Part shown: piece by piece, positions 10,382-19,989 of the stretch
How positions within the stretch are numbered: the first letter of the stretch is position 1
Layout of the letters: every line of letters starts with the position of its first letter
IMG/VR virus record: IMGVR_UViG_3300042997_001039
Span: 17,436-81,435 of that record
Reading direction: 5' to 3' (one strand)
DNA from: a virus
Lineage: Duplodnaviria > Caudoviricetes
Length of the DNA: 64,000 nt
Program-made: the position numbers and the translations under genes
Notes under the pieces: model-generated
Told to the model about the DNA's origin: nothing
The model's input: only the letters and a program-made list of their open reading frames with translations
Databases searched by the model: none

Positions 10382-11049
10382 AATCTTTTATTATTCACTT
10401 GCCGCGTATTGCCAGCAGTTTAGAATCTGCTTTAAAGACACAACAGGATCTTGCTGCCATCGGAGTAAACGCCGAACTGTTTGAAGGCACCTATGGTAGC
10501 GAAGCCCAGCAAATTTTTGCAGACGAAAACAGAACAGTGCATCCTATTAATTTTCGTGGCAATCCCACAGAAGAAAGAGATGCAAACAAAGCCAGTAAAC
10601 CTGGAGTCATGGGTTGCTTCTATAGTCATTACAGGCTATGGAAACGGTGTGTGGAGATCAACGAAACTATCTGTGTGTTTGAAGACGATGTTAAAGTACT
10701 TAGACCGTTAGCTAAGGTAGAGTTTGATGAAGTCTTAGTAATTGCAATGGGTTCTCGAAAGAATGAAAAATATCTGCAATACATTCACGATCCACAGGGC
10801 GAATGTCATGCAGCTGAATATCTTCATAAATCCATGCCTGGCACTGTGGGCTATATGATCAAACCTGCGGCTGCTAAAAAGTTATTGGATTATTATAAAA
10901 ATACTTTTTTGTCCTCAGATAATGCCATTAACAGATGCGTGGTAACAATACAAATACACAGTCACATCATGGGATCCGTTCATCTTGACAAGAAGAGTCT
11001 GACAGTTAGCACAAAGTTTTGGGAAAGATATAGGAATAACAATCAATGA
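10378..11049 (+). CDS. Glycosyltransferase family 25-like
   Basis: GCFYSHYRLW...VFEDD, GYMIKPAAAKKL. Confidence 0.8.
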   Translation: MKSFIIHLPRIASSLESALKTQQDLAAIGVNAELFEGTYGSEAQQIFADENRTVHPINFRGNPTEERDANKASKPGVMGCFYSHYRLWKRCVEINETICVFEDDVKVLRPLAKVEFDEVLVIAMGSRKNEKYLQYIHDPQGECHAAEYLHKSMPGTVGYMIKPAAAKKLLDYYKNTFLSSDNAINRCVVTIQIHSHIMGSVHLDKKSLTVSTKFWERYRNNNQ

Positions 11050-11627
11050 AAACATATTTCATAAAAGAAGGTTATCAACACAGATTAGATAATCGTTATT
11101 TTGACGATACTGAAAACACTGACAAGTGGCAGCGAGAAGTTTACACGTTTGCCAAAGATATAGCAACAAAAAACAATTTTACCAAGATTATGGACATTGG
11201 TACTGGCTCTGCGTATAAGTTACTGGATAACTTCAAAGATTTTGAAACTGTAGGTATTGATGTCCCTCCTACAGTCAAATGGCTAAGAGAAACATACCCT
11301 GACAGAACCTGGGTTGATCAATTTGATCCCATTACTGGATATGATCTTGTAATTGCGTCGGATGTTATTGAACATATTCCAGACCCTGATGAACTATTAG
11401 ATCTAATAGAACAGTCGGCTCCTCAACTAATAGTGTTGAGTACACCCGACAGAGACTTGTTGGAAAGAACTCCGAATGGCCCTCCTAAGAATCGAGCACA
11501 TGTGAGAGAATGGACCATGCCAGAATTTTACAACTACATAAGTTCTAGATTTGAAGTCATAGAACACTTTATATCCAATCGAAAACAGTCAACTCAGACC
11601 ATGTTGGCCCGACTGAGATCTAAGTAA
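11046..11627 (+). CDS. Class I SAM-dependent methyltransferase
   Basis: MDIGTGSA, YDLVIASDVIEHI, LSTP, HVREWT. Confidence 0.8.
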   Translation: MKTYFIKEGYQHRLDNRYFDDTENTDKWQREVYTFAKDIATKNNFTKIMDIGTGSAYKLLDNFKDFETVGIDVPPTVKWLRETYPDRTWVDQFDPITGYDLVIASDVIEHIPDPDELLDLIEQSAPQLIVLSTPDRDLLERTPNGPPKNRAHVREWTMPEFYNYISSRFEVIEHFISNRKQSTQTMLARLRSK

Positions 11628-12444
11628 AGCTGTAGGTGAACTCTGGGTTGTACTGATTAACCGGACCCAGATACTGTGCTAACAGATCTAAAGCTGCGCC
11701 TGACTGCCATTCTGATCTGGTATATTGACACCACGCTATATGTTCGTGCCACGCTGATCTCAAAGGAGGCTCTACAGGATTCCGCCAATCTTCTAGTGTA
11801 GAACGGCCTGCTGCCCATGTTGGACAAGGTTCTGTGCTAATGACTTTTTTACCGTACCAAAAAGCCTCGCAAGTAATAGCTGAACTTTGAGATACTACCA
11901 AATCAGCCCAGTCTAGGTCAGCCCACAAAGTAGAATATCTATTGGAAGCTTTTCCGGGCTTGGCTCTGATCCTAATCTCAGCACTAGGAAATTGTGTTGA
12001 CATAGCTTCAGCCCAGGCTTCTGATGACTGACCGCTCCATACTCTAGTGGTTACTTTACTGGGTGCAATCAACACATTGCGAACCTGTTGTACCTTCCAC
12101 GAGTGTTGTGGCAATTCCATCTTTGACCAACGCAAATGCGGCAAAGGCTGTAACACAGTATTAGCCCATCCGTTTACACTGGCTCGGTAAAACATTCTTT
12201 TTTTATGTAAGTGGTTACCTAAGTACCCACGCCCGATGTATATTGCGGGCCGACGGTTGTTTAGCCATGTAGTCACATGTGGCCGTGTGAGATCAGCATA
12301 GCAAAATACCGGAATATCTGGCGACACATCTTTCCAATTGTCACATAAAATTATACCAGGTCTTGTTTGCACCCAATTACTAACCCATTCTTGTATAAAT
12401 GCATCGTCTTGACAATCTGACATTAACACTTGCAAATTTTTCAT
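11620..12444 (-). CDS. KpsS/KpsC-like glycosyltransferase paralog 2
   Basis: VLIAPS, IRIRAKP, ADLVVSQSSAITCEAFWYG; same C-terminal pattern as neighbouring paralogs. Confidence 0.5.
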   Translation of the reverse strand: MKNLQVLMSDCQDDAFIQEWVSNWVQTRPGIILCDNWKDVSPDIPVFCYADLTRPHVTTWLNNRRPAIYIGRGYLGNHLHKKRMFYRASVNGWANTVLQPLPHLRWSKMELPQHSWKVQQVRNVLIAPSKVTTRVWSGQSSEAWAEAMSTQFPSAEIRIRAKPGKASNRYSTLWADLDWADLVVSQSSAITCEAFWYGKKVISTEPCPTWAAGRSTLEDWRNPVEPPLRSAWHEHIAWCQYTRSEWQSGAALDLLAQYLGPVNQYNPEFTYSFT

Positions 12445-13388
12445 AATTTAGCCCATTGACGCATGTGAGACCAGCACCGTCCTGAAACTAGATCTGCATG
12501 GCTCCAGTGAAATTGACTGATACGGTGTAACCAAGCAGTACGGTCTGGCATTAATGGAGTTTCAATTTGACTGAGATCACAGTTGGCAATGTCACGGCAT
12601 TGACTACGGCCAGTATCAGTTACAAATATTGGAACTCCTTCTAACGCAGCTCCTACAGTAGGACTGGAATTGTGTGCTACTGCTGCCCAACAATATTTTA
12701 AATCACGAATTAACGGAATTTCTGGATCACTCACAACAACATCACGTAGAACCCCATCCTTGGCAAACTCACCAATGTATTTACGTGCATGTTTATCTCC
12801 AGGATGTGGGCGAACCACAATAGGTCGATCTGTGTACTTTCTTAATTTTAAAATAGTATCAGCAGCCCAATCCACAACTGACACATTACCCATACTCCAC
12901 CCACCGTTTCTTTGCAAACACAGTAAGATATGGTTGCCAGCGGTACGCCAGTCGCGTACACGAATGCCCATATCTTGCTGTATACGTTTCCACTGTATAG
13001 GATCTGGATTGCTGTCACAGTACTCGCCGGTGTCAGGAAACACACCATCGTAGCTGTAACGCAGATAGTGATGTGGATTTTTTATATCGTGATATAAAAA
13101 TAAATTACTATCAGCAATTACAGTTCGTTTGCCGTGCTGACGTTGCTGGTCAAGTATGTGTTGTCTAAACTGCAGATGTGGTGCACTTTTACCGTGTTCG
13201 TGTACCCAGCCCAACATAACAGCTACATCTGCTGGTTCATATTGTAGTGTAGTAGATAAGATTCCTTTGTCGCCAACTGCATTTATACCCTCAACATATT
13301 TTTTTAATGTTAGAATTTTTTCATTGGACTCGTTGGGTCCTTTTAACAGTTTGGCAGGTAAAGTTGCAAGATAGCTTACTACTTTCAT
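12441..13388 (-). CDS. KpsS/KpsC-like glycosyltransferase paralog 3
   Basis: Start taken at MKVVSYL; LCLQRNG, VVRPHPG, AHNSSPTVGAALEGVPIF. Confidence 0.55.
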   Translation of the reverse strand: MKVVSYLATLPAKLLKGPNESNEKILTLKKYVEGINAVGDKGILSTTLQYEPADVAVMLGWVHEHGKSAPHLQFRQHILDQQRQHGKRTVIADSNLFLYHDIKNPHHYLRYSYDGVFPDTGEYCDSNPDPIQWKRIQQDMGIRVRDWRTAGNHILLCLQRNGGWSMGNVSVVDWAADTILKLRKYTDRPIVVRPHPGDKHARKYIGEFAKDGVLRDVVVSDPEIPLIRDLKYCWAAVAHNSSPTVGAALEGVPIFVTDTGRSQCRDIANCDLSQIETPLMPDRTAWLHRISQFHWSHADLVSGRCWSHMRQWAKL

Positions 13389-14386
13389 TTGATATCTTTT
13401 AGCACCGGTAATAAGTGCGACCAAGCTATACCGTCGCGCATTTCGTCCGTGGACCATTGGCATGCTGCAAGATTGCGTAACCACTGCTGAATCTCCAAGT
13501 CAGTTGCCATCCTAAGATCATTAATATTGCGTACCAATCTTGAGCTTATGCCCCAAGCAAAATTACCAGAGTCGCAAGCAATGGTGGGAATGCCACTTAG
13601 TACACTATCAATTGCCAATCCACTGGTATATGTTACAGTACAGTATGCATTTTGAAGATCTTGGCTCCATGGCACTATTTGCCCGTCGCTGAATTTGATA
13701 TTTTGCACACCTGCTAACAGCAGCTTCCTTGCAAGTTCTTCGTGGTCTCCAAATGCACGTTGACTGGCTAATGGATGGTTACGAACAACTATAAAACGAT
13801 CAGTATGTTTTCTAATGTCCAAGATAGTTTTGTATGCCCAATCATTGATGTCATTACCGCGTAAGCTGGCATCGCCTGGTAGTTGAAGTGCTATTAATAC
13901 ATGTCCATCGGGGTTGGAATTCCATCCTGCCCAGTCGATTCCAAACTCTGCAAGTCTTTGATTTGCTGCGTCTGTCTTCAATGTAGGCCATTCTGCGTCA
14001 AGATTCAAGAAGCCGTTTACACCAACTCTCCAATATTGATTTTCTCGATCAGTCACACGATTTAATAATGGAGTTTCTATACAGACAAAACATTTAGCAT
14101 TTACTGCTACGGACGTTCTGGTTTGGTGTGTTCCTTTTTCTCTGGCCTTCCAAGATCCAAAAAACACAGCCACATCACACTCTTTATAAGCTTCGGCATA
14201 TTCGTAAGAAATTTGATTTTGAGATAGATCTGTTGTTGCCCAACGACCAATTCTTGTAACATTTTCAAACTGTTGATCTTGATCAGAATTATCTACAATC
14301 CAAGATTCTACTCCAGCAGCAAAATCTTTAAGCAGTTCTCTTTCTTGTGTGTTGTTAGCTGACGCCATAAAAATTTTAATATGCAT
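13385..14386 (-). CDS. KpsS/KpsC-like glycosyltransferase paralog 4
   Basis: ALQLPGD (QxxxD), VVRNHP, TYTSGLAIDSVLSGIPT. Confidence 0.6.
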   Translation of the reverse strand: MHIKIFMASANNTQERELLKDFAAGVESWIVDNSDQDQQFENVTRIGRWATTDLSQNQISYEYAEAYKECDVAVFFGSWKAREKGTHQTRTSVAVNAKCFVCIETPLLNRVTDRENQYWRVGVNGFLNLDAEWPTLKTDAANQRLAEFGIDWAGWNSNPDGHVLIALQLPGDASLRGNDINDWAYKTILDIRKHTDRFIVVRNHPLASQRAFGDHEELARKLLLAGVQNIKFSDGQIVPWSQDLQNAYCTVTYTSGLAIDSVLSGIPTIACDSGNFAWGISSRLVRNINDLRMATDLEIQQWLRNLAACQWSTDEMRDGIAWSHLLPVLKDIK

Positions 14387-15167
14387 TTAGTATCCTATAA
14401 GCTGTGCCATCTTTGAGTTCTCTAACATGAAACTGGCCATAGGCCAAGTGACAAGCCCATGCGTGTAATTTATCTGTGTCTGCCCAATATGGCGATTCTA
14501 TCTGTGCGAGATCCTGGCTGGCCACCGGACCGGCAGCATTGGCAGGTGCAAGTGTAAAAGCAGGTACTCCCAGCATGATACTTTCGGTAGCTGCATTAGA
14601 ATTGAATGTTACCAGGGCATGTACATCATCCGCTAACACTTGAGCCAGAGGGTCTGTAGAAATACGATCTATTCTATTAGCTGCACGTTGCCTTACTACA
14701 ATGGGTCGATCAGTGTGTTGCTTTATTGTGTTGACAGTTTCGTCAATCCACCCGTCAAGGTCTATGCCATAAAATTTACAAGGTTTTGTGTCTGGCACAG
14801 CAACAACAATCTTACGGCCATATCGTCTGGGCTGTAGTGTGATGCCCATACGCTGCCATCTATCTCCAGGACGATCAACAATATCGCTGTGCTGCAGATT
14901 GTTTTTGACTATGCGATGCCACACTTTCCAGCCCTGCGGATTTGAGGGATTGGGATTGTTACCAAAGTAACCAGAGTCCATGTAATAGAAATCTCTACCG
15001 TCTGCCCAACACTGTTTCATCAACTTGTGCTTGAGTATACCACGTACGACTATAGGATCTTGAGAAGCTGCATAATCAAATTCGGCAACAGGTATACCAC
15101 CACTGCCCTTGGCAAACATGTTGATATATTCGTCTTTGCAGTTCTTACTGAAAAAGATCCAAGTCAT
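14376..15167 (-). CDS. KpsS/KpsC-like glycosyltransferase paralog 5
   Basis: RPIVVRQR, VTFNSNAATESIMLGVPAF. Confidence 0.5.
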   Translation of the reverse strand: MTWIFFSKNCKDEYINMFAKGSGGIPVAEFDYAASQDPIVVRGILKHKLMKQCWADGRDFYYMDSGYFGNNPNPSNPQGWKVWHRIVKNNLQHSDIVDRPGDRWQRMGITLQPRRYGRKIVVAVPDTKPCKFYGIDLDGWIDETVNTIKQHTDRPIVVRQRAANRIDRISTDPLAQVLADDVHALVTFNSNAATESIMLGVPAFTLAPANAAGPVASQDLAQIESPYWADTDKLHAWACHLAYGQFHVRELKDGTAYRILNAY

Positions 15168-15823
15168 TTTATAACAACAACACTACATTGCTGGTGACCG
15201 CTACGCAATAAGGGTTTAAACTCACGATTGTATTCTGCCAGCCATTCGCCAACTGCACGATATTCACCCTCGGCCCAGAGATCGTATTCGGCAGGATCTG
15301 ACCAAGGATACATTTCATCAAACGCAATCACAGTGCCTGGCACAATGCGATCATTCAACAAGGTCAGCACATCGAGTGTGCTGCTGTACAAATCGCAGTC
15401 TACATGAAGAAAGCTAATGACACCAGGATGTTGTTCTTTCCACAGCGGAATACTATCACAAAACCATCCAGGCACCAGTTTGACATTGGCAGCAAAAACT
15501 GGTTGCACAGGTTCTTTGCGCATGTCAAATTTGCCAGCAGGATGTGTTTTACCTTCGTCTCCGGTACGTATATACCAAGGCTCCGGAAGTCCTACAAAGC
15601 TGTCAAACCCCCACACAGTTTGATTACAAAAGTGTTCGCTGATGTGAGCCATGGTTTTACCGCGATAAACACCAAACTCTAATACATGTCCTGAGATTTT
15701 GGCCGCAGGCAGTATTTGAAGTAGATGTCTTTTACGATCAATGCCCTTGCTTTTGAACACTCCTCCAACAAGCGGAGCAGAATGAAAACAGTCTATGCTA
15801 TAGTTATTTTTGTCAACAATCAT
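15164..15823 (-). CDS. TylF/MycF/NovP-like O-methyltransferase
   Basis: VLEFGVYRG, GFDSFVGLPE, GWF, LHVDCDLYSST; start taken at MIVDKNN. Confidence 0.8.
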   Translation of the reverse strand: MIVDKNNYSIDCFHSAPLVGGVFKSKGIDRKRHLLQILPAAKISGHVLEFGVYRGKTMAHISEHFCNQTVWGFDSFVGLPEPWYIRTGDEGKTHPAGKFDMRKEPVQPVFAANVKLVPGWFCDSIPLWKEQHPGVISFLHVDCDLYSSTLDVLTLLNDRIVPGTVIAFDEMYPWSDPAEYDLWAEGEYRAVGEWLAEYNREFKPLLRSGHQQCSVVVIK

Positions 15824-16506
15824 TTGGTGCCTCGCTGTAAACAGTAGTCTGCCAGCATGTGTTCTCTGTGCCACTCGTCGGCTTGATTTGTGGTAGCAAA
15901 CTCGTGAAAGCAAGGAGCCCCTAATGTATAGTGCAACAAATCTGCATTTATATTGGGTCCGTATTCGTCCGGTAACCAATTCCATTCTGCAGGCAAATCG
16001 CCAATTCGCTCATCCTTAATCCAGGTAAATCGATGTAGTTCTGCTCCTGTGGATTTTTGTACAAACTCTGGAGTCAGTATTCGATTAGCGGGGTTCTGGC
16101 AGTTCCACAAGATCACACTCGACCAGTTTTTGCGTGGATAGTTTTCATTCTTTGCACCCAGATACTTTTCTGTCATGCATGTTTCGTAATTGTGTTTGAC
16201 CACTTGCACATCATAATGGTGTTGTCGCCACTCCCAAAGTTCCACAATGTCGCTGCGAACAATCATGTCCCCGTCGATAAAAATAGCATGTCCTGTATAA
16301 TCCATCAAGTGCGGAACCAGGAATCTACTGTAGATAAACTGGTTGCTACCGTCTGTGTGAGTTTCTGTGTAGTCATTAAACAAGTTAAGAGCCAATGGAA
16401 TAATAGCCACTGGCTTACTGGCATGACGTATAATACTGTTGGCACATGTATGGTAAGCGACGGCTTCTCTGGGATCGTAGCCAATAAAAATAGGAATAGG
16501 TTTCAT
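15820..16506 (-). CDS. GT8-like glycosyltransferase
   Basis: IFIGYDPRE, YSRFLVP, FIDGDM, YPRKNWSS, LPAEWN, LHYT. Confidence 0.8.
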   Translation of the reverse strand: MKPIPIFIGYDPREAVAYHTCANSIIRHASKPVAIIPLALNLFNDYTETHTDGSNQFIYSRFLVPHLMDYTGHAIFIDGDMIVRSDIVELWEWRQHHYDVQVVKHNYETCMTEKYLGAKNENYPRKNWSSVILWNCQNPANRILTPEFVQKSTGAELHRFTWIKDERIGDLPAEWNWLPDEYGPNINADLLHYTLGAPCFHEFATTNQADEWHREHMLADYCLQRGTK

Positions 16507-16551
16507 ATGAATATTTATATGCGTCTATTATACATAGGGAGTAAATATGTG

Positions 16552-17274
16552 ATGAAAAAAGCAAAAAATTGTGCCTGTGTGATACACGGCACTGCATACG
16601 ACTGGATTTATGTAGAACGCCTGTACAACATGTTGCAGGCCAACACATCTTATCAAATCCGTATGCATGTGTTTACAGAGCCCACCAGATCAGTACCTGC
16701 ACCATTTATTAAACACGAGCTACAGGAATGGCCGGGTATTGCAGGACCCAAGAAGTCCTGGTGGTACAAGATGCAGATGTTTGATCCTGCACACAATCTG
16801 GGCAGAGTTTTATACTTTGATTTAGACACAGTGATCACCGGCAATATTGATTGGATATGGCAGTTGAGTGATGATTATTTCTGGGCTATTAAAGATTTTA
16901 AATACATTTGGCGAACTGCTTGGAACGGGATTAATTCCAGTGTAATGATTTGGGACACAACCCGATTTACTTGGATTTGGGACGATTTTTGTGGTAAAAA
17001 TATCAACGCTGTAGTCAAGCAATTTCACGGCGACCAAGATTATTTAAATACAGTATTAACAGATCACACTCGTAGATTTATAGATACAGAAGTAGTAAGG
17101 AGTTGGAGATGGCAATGCAAAGATGGCGGCATGGACATGCGCACACGAGCGTATTGCAAACCCAATGCTGGTACTGTGGTTGATCCAAAAACTGCTATTA
17201 TGATATTTCACGGACGACCTAAACCACACGAAATACACGACCCAATCATTGATAAATATTGGAAATTGTTGTAA
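16552..17274 (+). CDS. GT-A fold (GT8-like) glycosyltransferase
   Basis: YFDLDTVI, NSSVM, GDQDYL, FHGRPKPHE; start taken at MKKAK, 4 nt after TAAATA. Confidence 0.75.
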   Translation: MKKAKNCACVIHGTAYDWIYVERLYNMLQANTSYQIRMHVFTEPTRSVPAPFIKHELQEWPGIAGPKKSWWYKMQMFDPAHNLGRVLYFDLDTVITGNIDWIWQLSDDYFWAIKDFKYIWRTAWNGINSSVMIWDTTRFTWIWDDFCGKNINAVVKQFHGDQDYLNTVLTDHTRRFIDTEVVRSWRWQCKDGGMDMRTRAYCKPNAGTVVDPKTAIMIFHGRPKPHEIHDPIIDKYWKLL

Positions 17275-17396
17275 AAATACAACAAAATTAAGCCCCTTTT
17301 TAGGGGCTTTTTTGTGGCAAAAATACACATTTTGGTAGACCAGAAACTGCCCAAATGCTATACTAGTTTTACAGTAACAAAACGGGGTACAAAATG
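17267..17396 (+). promoter_or_regulatory. Early cassette 1: palindrome + terminator + sigma70 promoter
   Basis: TGTTG-N8-CAACA 17267-17284; TAGACC 17336, 17 bp, TATACT 17359. Confidence 0.8.
17290..17313 (+). terminator. Rho-independent terminator
   Basis: AAGCCCC-tttttA-GGGGCTT followed by a T run. Confidence 0.8.
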
Positions 17397-17615
17397 CAAT
17401 TAGCAATAGGCACTAAAATCCGCTGGGAATCAGCAGCCGGCGTAAAGCGTGGCACTATCAAAAACATCGTTCTTAGTCCTGCTGCCAACGGAGTTATTAC
17501 TCCTTGGATTGACGTTGATTGCAATATTACCAAAGACAGGGCGGTTACTAATTCCGTACGTCTTTGTGCCAGTGCTCCTAGCCTAATGATGTTCCAAGTT
17601 GCACTTGTTGCGTAA
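17394..17615 (+). CDS. Small early hypothetical protein
   Basis: 73-aa ORF behind cassette 1. Confidence 0.6.
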   Translation: MQLAIGTKIRWESAAGVKRGTIKNIVLSPAANGVITPWIDVDCNITKDRAVTNSVRLCASAPSLMMFQVALVA

Positions 17616-17687
17616 AAACAACAGGTTGACCAGAAATACCCAATTTGCTATAATATATTTACAGTAACAAAACAGGAGCACAAAATG
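17606..17687 (+). promoter_or_regulatory. Early cassette 2
   Basis: TGTTG-N8-CAACA 17606-17623; TTGACC 17626, 17 bp, TATAAT 17649; RBS AGGAG. Confidence 0.85.
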
Positions 17688-17867
17688 GTTATCCTAGCAA
17701 AAGACATAGGCCGTGAGATTTTAGAGACCCTTAGGGAATCTGCCAGACAAGCCCTTCCGGATGCTACAGAAGCAGAACGCGAAGAAAGCATAGCTAAATT
17801 TCTAGGTGTCATGAGCGATGCAATGTTTGCGGGTCCAGCAAAAAAGTTGCGTAAAAACAACACCTAA
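17685..17867 (+). CDS. Small early hypothetical protein
   Basis: 60-aa ORF with AGGAG RBS. Confidence 0.6.
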   Translation: MVILAKDIGREILETLRESARQALPDATEAEREESIAKFLGVMSDAMFAGPAKKLRKNNT

Positions 17868-17936
17868 AAAGTGGTAGACCGGTAATACACGATCGGCTAT
17901 AATGTACTTACACTAACAAAACAGGAGCAGTAAATG
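17845..17936 (+). promoter_or_regulatory. Early cassette 3
   Basis: AGTTG-N8-CAACA 17845-17862; TAGACC 17875, 17 bp, TATAAT 17898; leader identical to cassette 6. Confidence 0.85.
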
Positions 17937-18953
17937 ACCCAAGTTCTCATCCGCAACGGCGTTTATCGTAACAAACCCGTACACAACGAAGTTTTTGAAT
18001 TGGTCAGAGACTTCACAGTCGGTGCCAAGGGCGGCTTTGTGACTGTTGACAGCAAGGGCTTCTTTGGCCCAGAATACGGCATTGCTCGTGTCACAGTAGA
18101 CAGCATGGAAGACATTGAAATCCAAGGTGCCACAGCCACCACTGAAACTGCTGTAAAGGCAGCACCTGCGGCAGAAGCCTCTGATGCAGAAGTAATGGCT
18201 CGTATCCGCGAGCGTTTTGAAATCCTAGATGAAATGACCAAAGCGGCTGTAGCCGGCGACGTCCGTGCTATGATTGTGTCCGGCCCTCCGGGTGTAGGCA
18301 AGAGCTACGGCGTTGAGAAAATTGTAGAAGCTGCCTGCTTGTTTGACAAGATTTCGGGCAAGCGTCTCCGTGCAGAAGTTGTCAAAGGTAGTGCTACAGC
18401 ATTAGGCCTGTACCAGACCCTGTACAAATACAGCGACCGGAACTGTGTGTTGGTTTTTGATGACTGCGACAGCATCTTGCTTGACGATGTGGCTCTTAAC
18501 TTGTTGAAAGGTGCCCTGGACTCCGGTAAGAAGCGTAAGATTTCCTGGTTGAGCGACAGCTCAGTGCTACGCCGCGAAGGTATCCCAGACAGTTTCAACT
18601 TCAACGGTACAGTGATCTTTATTACTAACCTTAAGTTTGACAAGATGAAATCGCAAAAATTGCGTGATCACTTGGATGCCTTGCAATCACGCTGCCACTA
18701 CTTGGACTTGACCTTGGACACCATGCGTGACAAGATCTTGCGTATCAAACAGATTGCCAACGACGGTCAGTTGTTTGAAGAGTACGAGTTTGACACAGAA
18801 ACGCAAGAAGAGATCATTGACTTTATGACGCACAATGCCACTCGTTTCCGCGAAATGAGCTTGCGTATGGCAATCAAGATTGCAGACTTGCGTAAGAGCT
18901 TTCCGCTGAAATGGAAGGCCATGGCAGAAGTTACGTGTATGAAGTCGGCGTAA
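17934..18953 (+). CDS. AAA+ family ATPase
   Basis: Walker A GPPGVGKS, Walker B VLVFDD, LQSR arginine finger. Confidence 0.85.
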   Translation: MTQVLIRNGVYRNKPVHNEVFELVRDFTVGAKGGFVTVDSKGFFGPEYGIARVTVDSMEDIEIQGATATTETAVKAAPAAEASDAEVMARIRERFEILDEMTKAAVAGDVRAMIVSGPPGVGKSYGVEKIVEAACLFDKISGKRLRAEVVKGSATALGLYQTLYKYSDRNCVLVFDDCDSILLDDVALNLLKGALDSGKKRKISWLSDSSVLRREGIPDSFNFNGTVIFITNLKFDKMKSQKLRDHLDALQSRCHYLDLTLDTMRDKILRIKQIANDGQLFEEYEFDTETQEEIIDFMTHNATRFREMSLRMAIKIADLRKSFPLKWKAMAEVTCMKSA

Positions 18954-18961
18954 GGAGTTGA

Positions 18962-19225
18962 ATGATGAAAACCACTGTAAAGACAGTGCCTTGTTTAAAA
19001 ATCACTGTACCATTCACAATGAATGGTGTTACCAGACCTGCGTCAAAGACTATTCGTAGAGCCCGTGTTGCCGCTGAGTTCTACGCCGCACACCTGAACC
19101 GAGAATGGTGGAATACCTATAGCCAAATGGCACCTGTGGGTCAAGGACGCTATGTTCAAATGGACGCTAGATATGATCGTCTATATCGCCGGGCCCTACA
19201 AGTATTCAAACAGTACCTTCCTTAA
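18962..19225 (+). CDS. Hypothetical protein
   Basis: 87-aa ORF with AAGGAG RBS. Confidence 0.55.
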   Translation: MMKTTVKTVPCLKITVPFTMNGVTRPASKTIRRARVAAEFYAAHLNREWWNTYSQMAPVGQGRYVQMDARYDRLYRRALQVFKQYLP

Positions 19226-19235
19226 AGGAACCAGA

Positions 19236-19478
19236 ATGAACGAACGAATTAAAGAGATTACTGTACAGGCATTAGAAAACAGTCTTTTTGAACCTATTGA
19301 ACCCACCGTAACAGTAGGCGAGGGTGAAAATAAAGTAACCATCCCACTTGTGTTTGCTGAAAAGTTCGCCGAGTTGATTGTTCGGGAATGTGCTGATGTG
19401 TGCCAACAATTCGGTAATGGCGGCTCTGGGTATACTCTCAGTTCTGAGATTAGAGAACATTTCGGAGTTGAAGAATGA
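19236..19478 (+). CDS. Phage hypothetical protein (MNERI...KFAELIVREC...EHFGVEE type)
   Basis: AAGGA RBS before MNERIKE; recurrent small phage protein pattern. Confidence 0.65.
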   Translation: MNERIKEITVQALENSLFEPIEPTVTVGEGENKVTIPLVFAEKFAELIVRECADVCQQFGNGGSGYTLSSEIREHFGVEE

Positions 19479-19989
19479 GATCACATTATACATGCGGAAA
19501 ATGTAAAACATCATTGGAAGCAACTCAAGAACATTTCTTTCCTAGCAATCTTAAAAAAGTTGCCAATGATCTAACTCGACTTGTTATTTCTCAATGTAAA
19601 CCTTGTGCCAATCAATATGCTACACAGTGGCGTAGTGATATCAAAGCAAAAGGCTTGACCCGAAGTCGAAAAAATACATTAGTAATGGCAGGTGCTGTTA
19701 TTGGTACTGTTTATGTTATTGGTCCAGATATTCCCGGAACTCCTTATAAGATTGGAATAACATCTGGCTCAAAAATAGACAGAAGAAAAGCAGCATTACA
19801 AACATCACATTGGATGGAACTTAAAGAAGTCTGGAAATCAGATTTGTTAGATAGAGCAGATATTGTTGAAAAGAAACTTCATAAGCATTTTGAAAAGAAA
19901 TGGGTGCGTGGAGAATGGTTTAATATTACCAAAGACGATATTTCTGATATTCCAGTATTAATAGAACATTTCGGAGTCAAAGAATGAGA
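19454..19989 (+). repeat. 27-bp direct repeats flanking the T5orf172-like gene
   Basis: agaacatttcggagtTGaagaatgaga (19454-19480) vs agaacatttcggagtCAaagaatgaga (19963-19989), 2 mismatches. Confidence 0.85.
19475..19987 (+). CDS. T5orf172/MUG113 (GIY-YIG-like) nuclease with N-terminal zinc finger
   Basis: CxxC...CxxC; VYVI...YKIGIT...RRKAALQT...VEKKLH...RGEWF. Confidence 0.75.
   Translation: MRSHYTCGKCKTSLEATQEHFFPSNLKKVANDLTRLVISQCKPCANQYATQWRSDIKAKGLTRSRKNTLVMAGAVIGTVYVIGPDIPGTPYKIGITSGSKIDRRKAALQTSHWMELKEVWKSDLLDRADIVEKKLHKHFEKKWVRGEWFNITKDDISDIPVLIEHFGVKE

Noticed and set aside
15824-15985. N-terminal extension of the TylF-like ORF (and similarly 12441..13484)
   Set aside because: It overlaps the upstream gene out of frame; coupled starts at 15823 and 13388 fit better
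16057-16551. 405-aa ORF 16057..17274 as given in the ORF track
   Set aside because: The 5' part is antisense to the GT8 gene; the real start is probably ATG 16552, 4 nt after TAAATA
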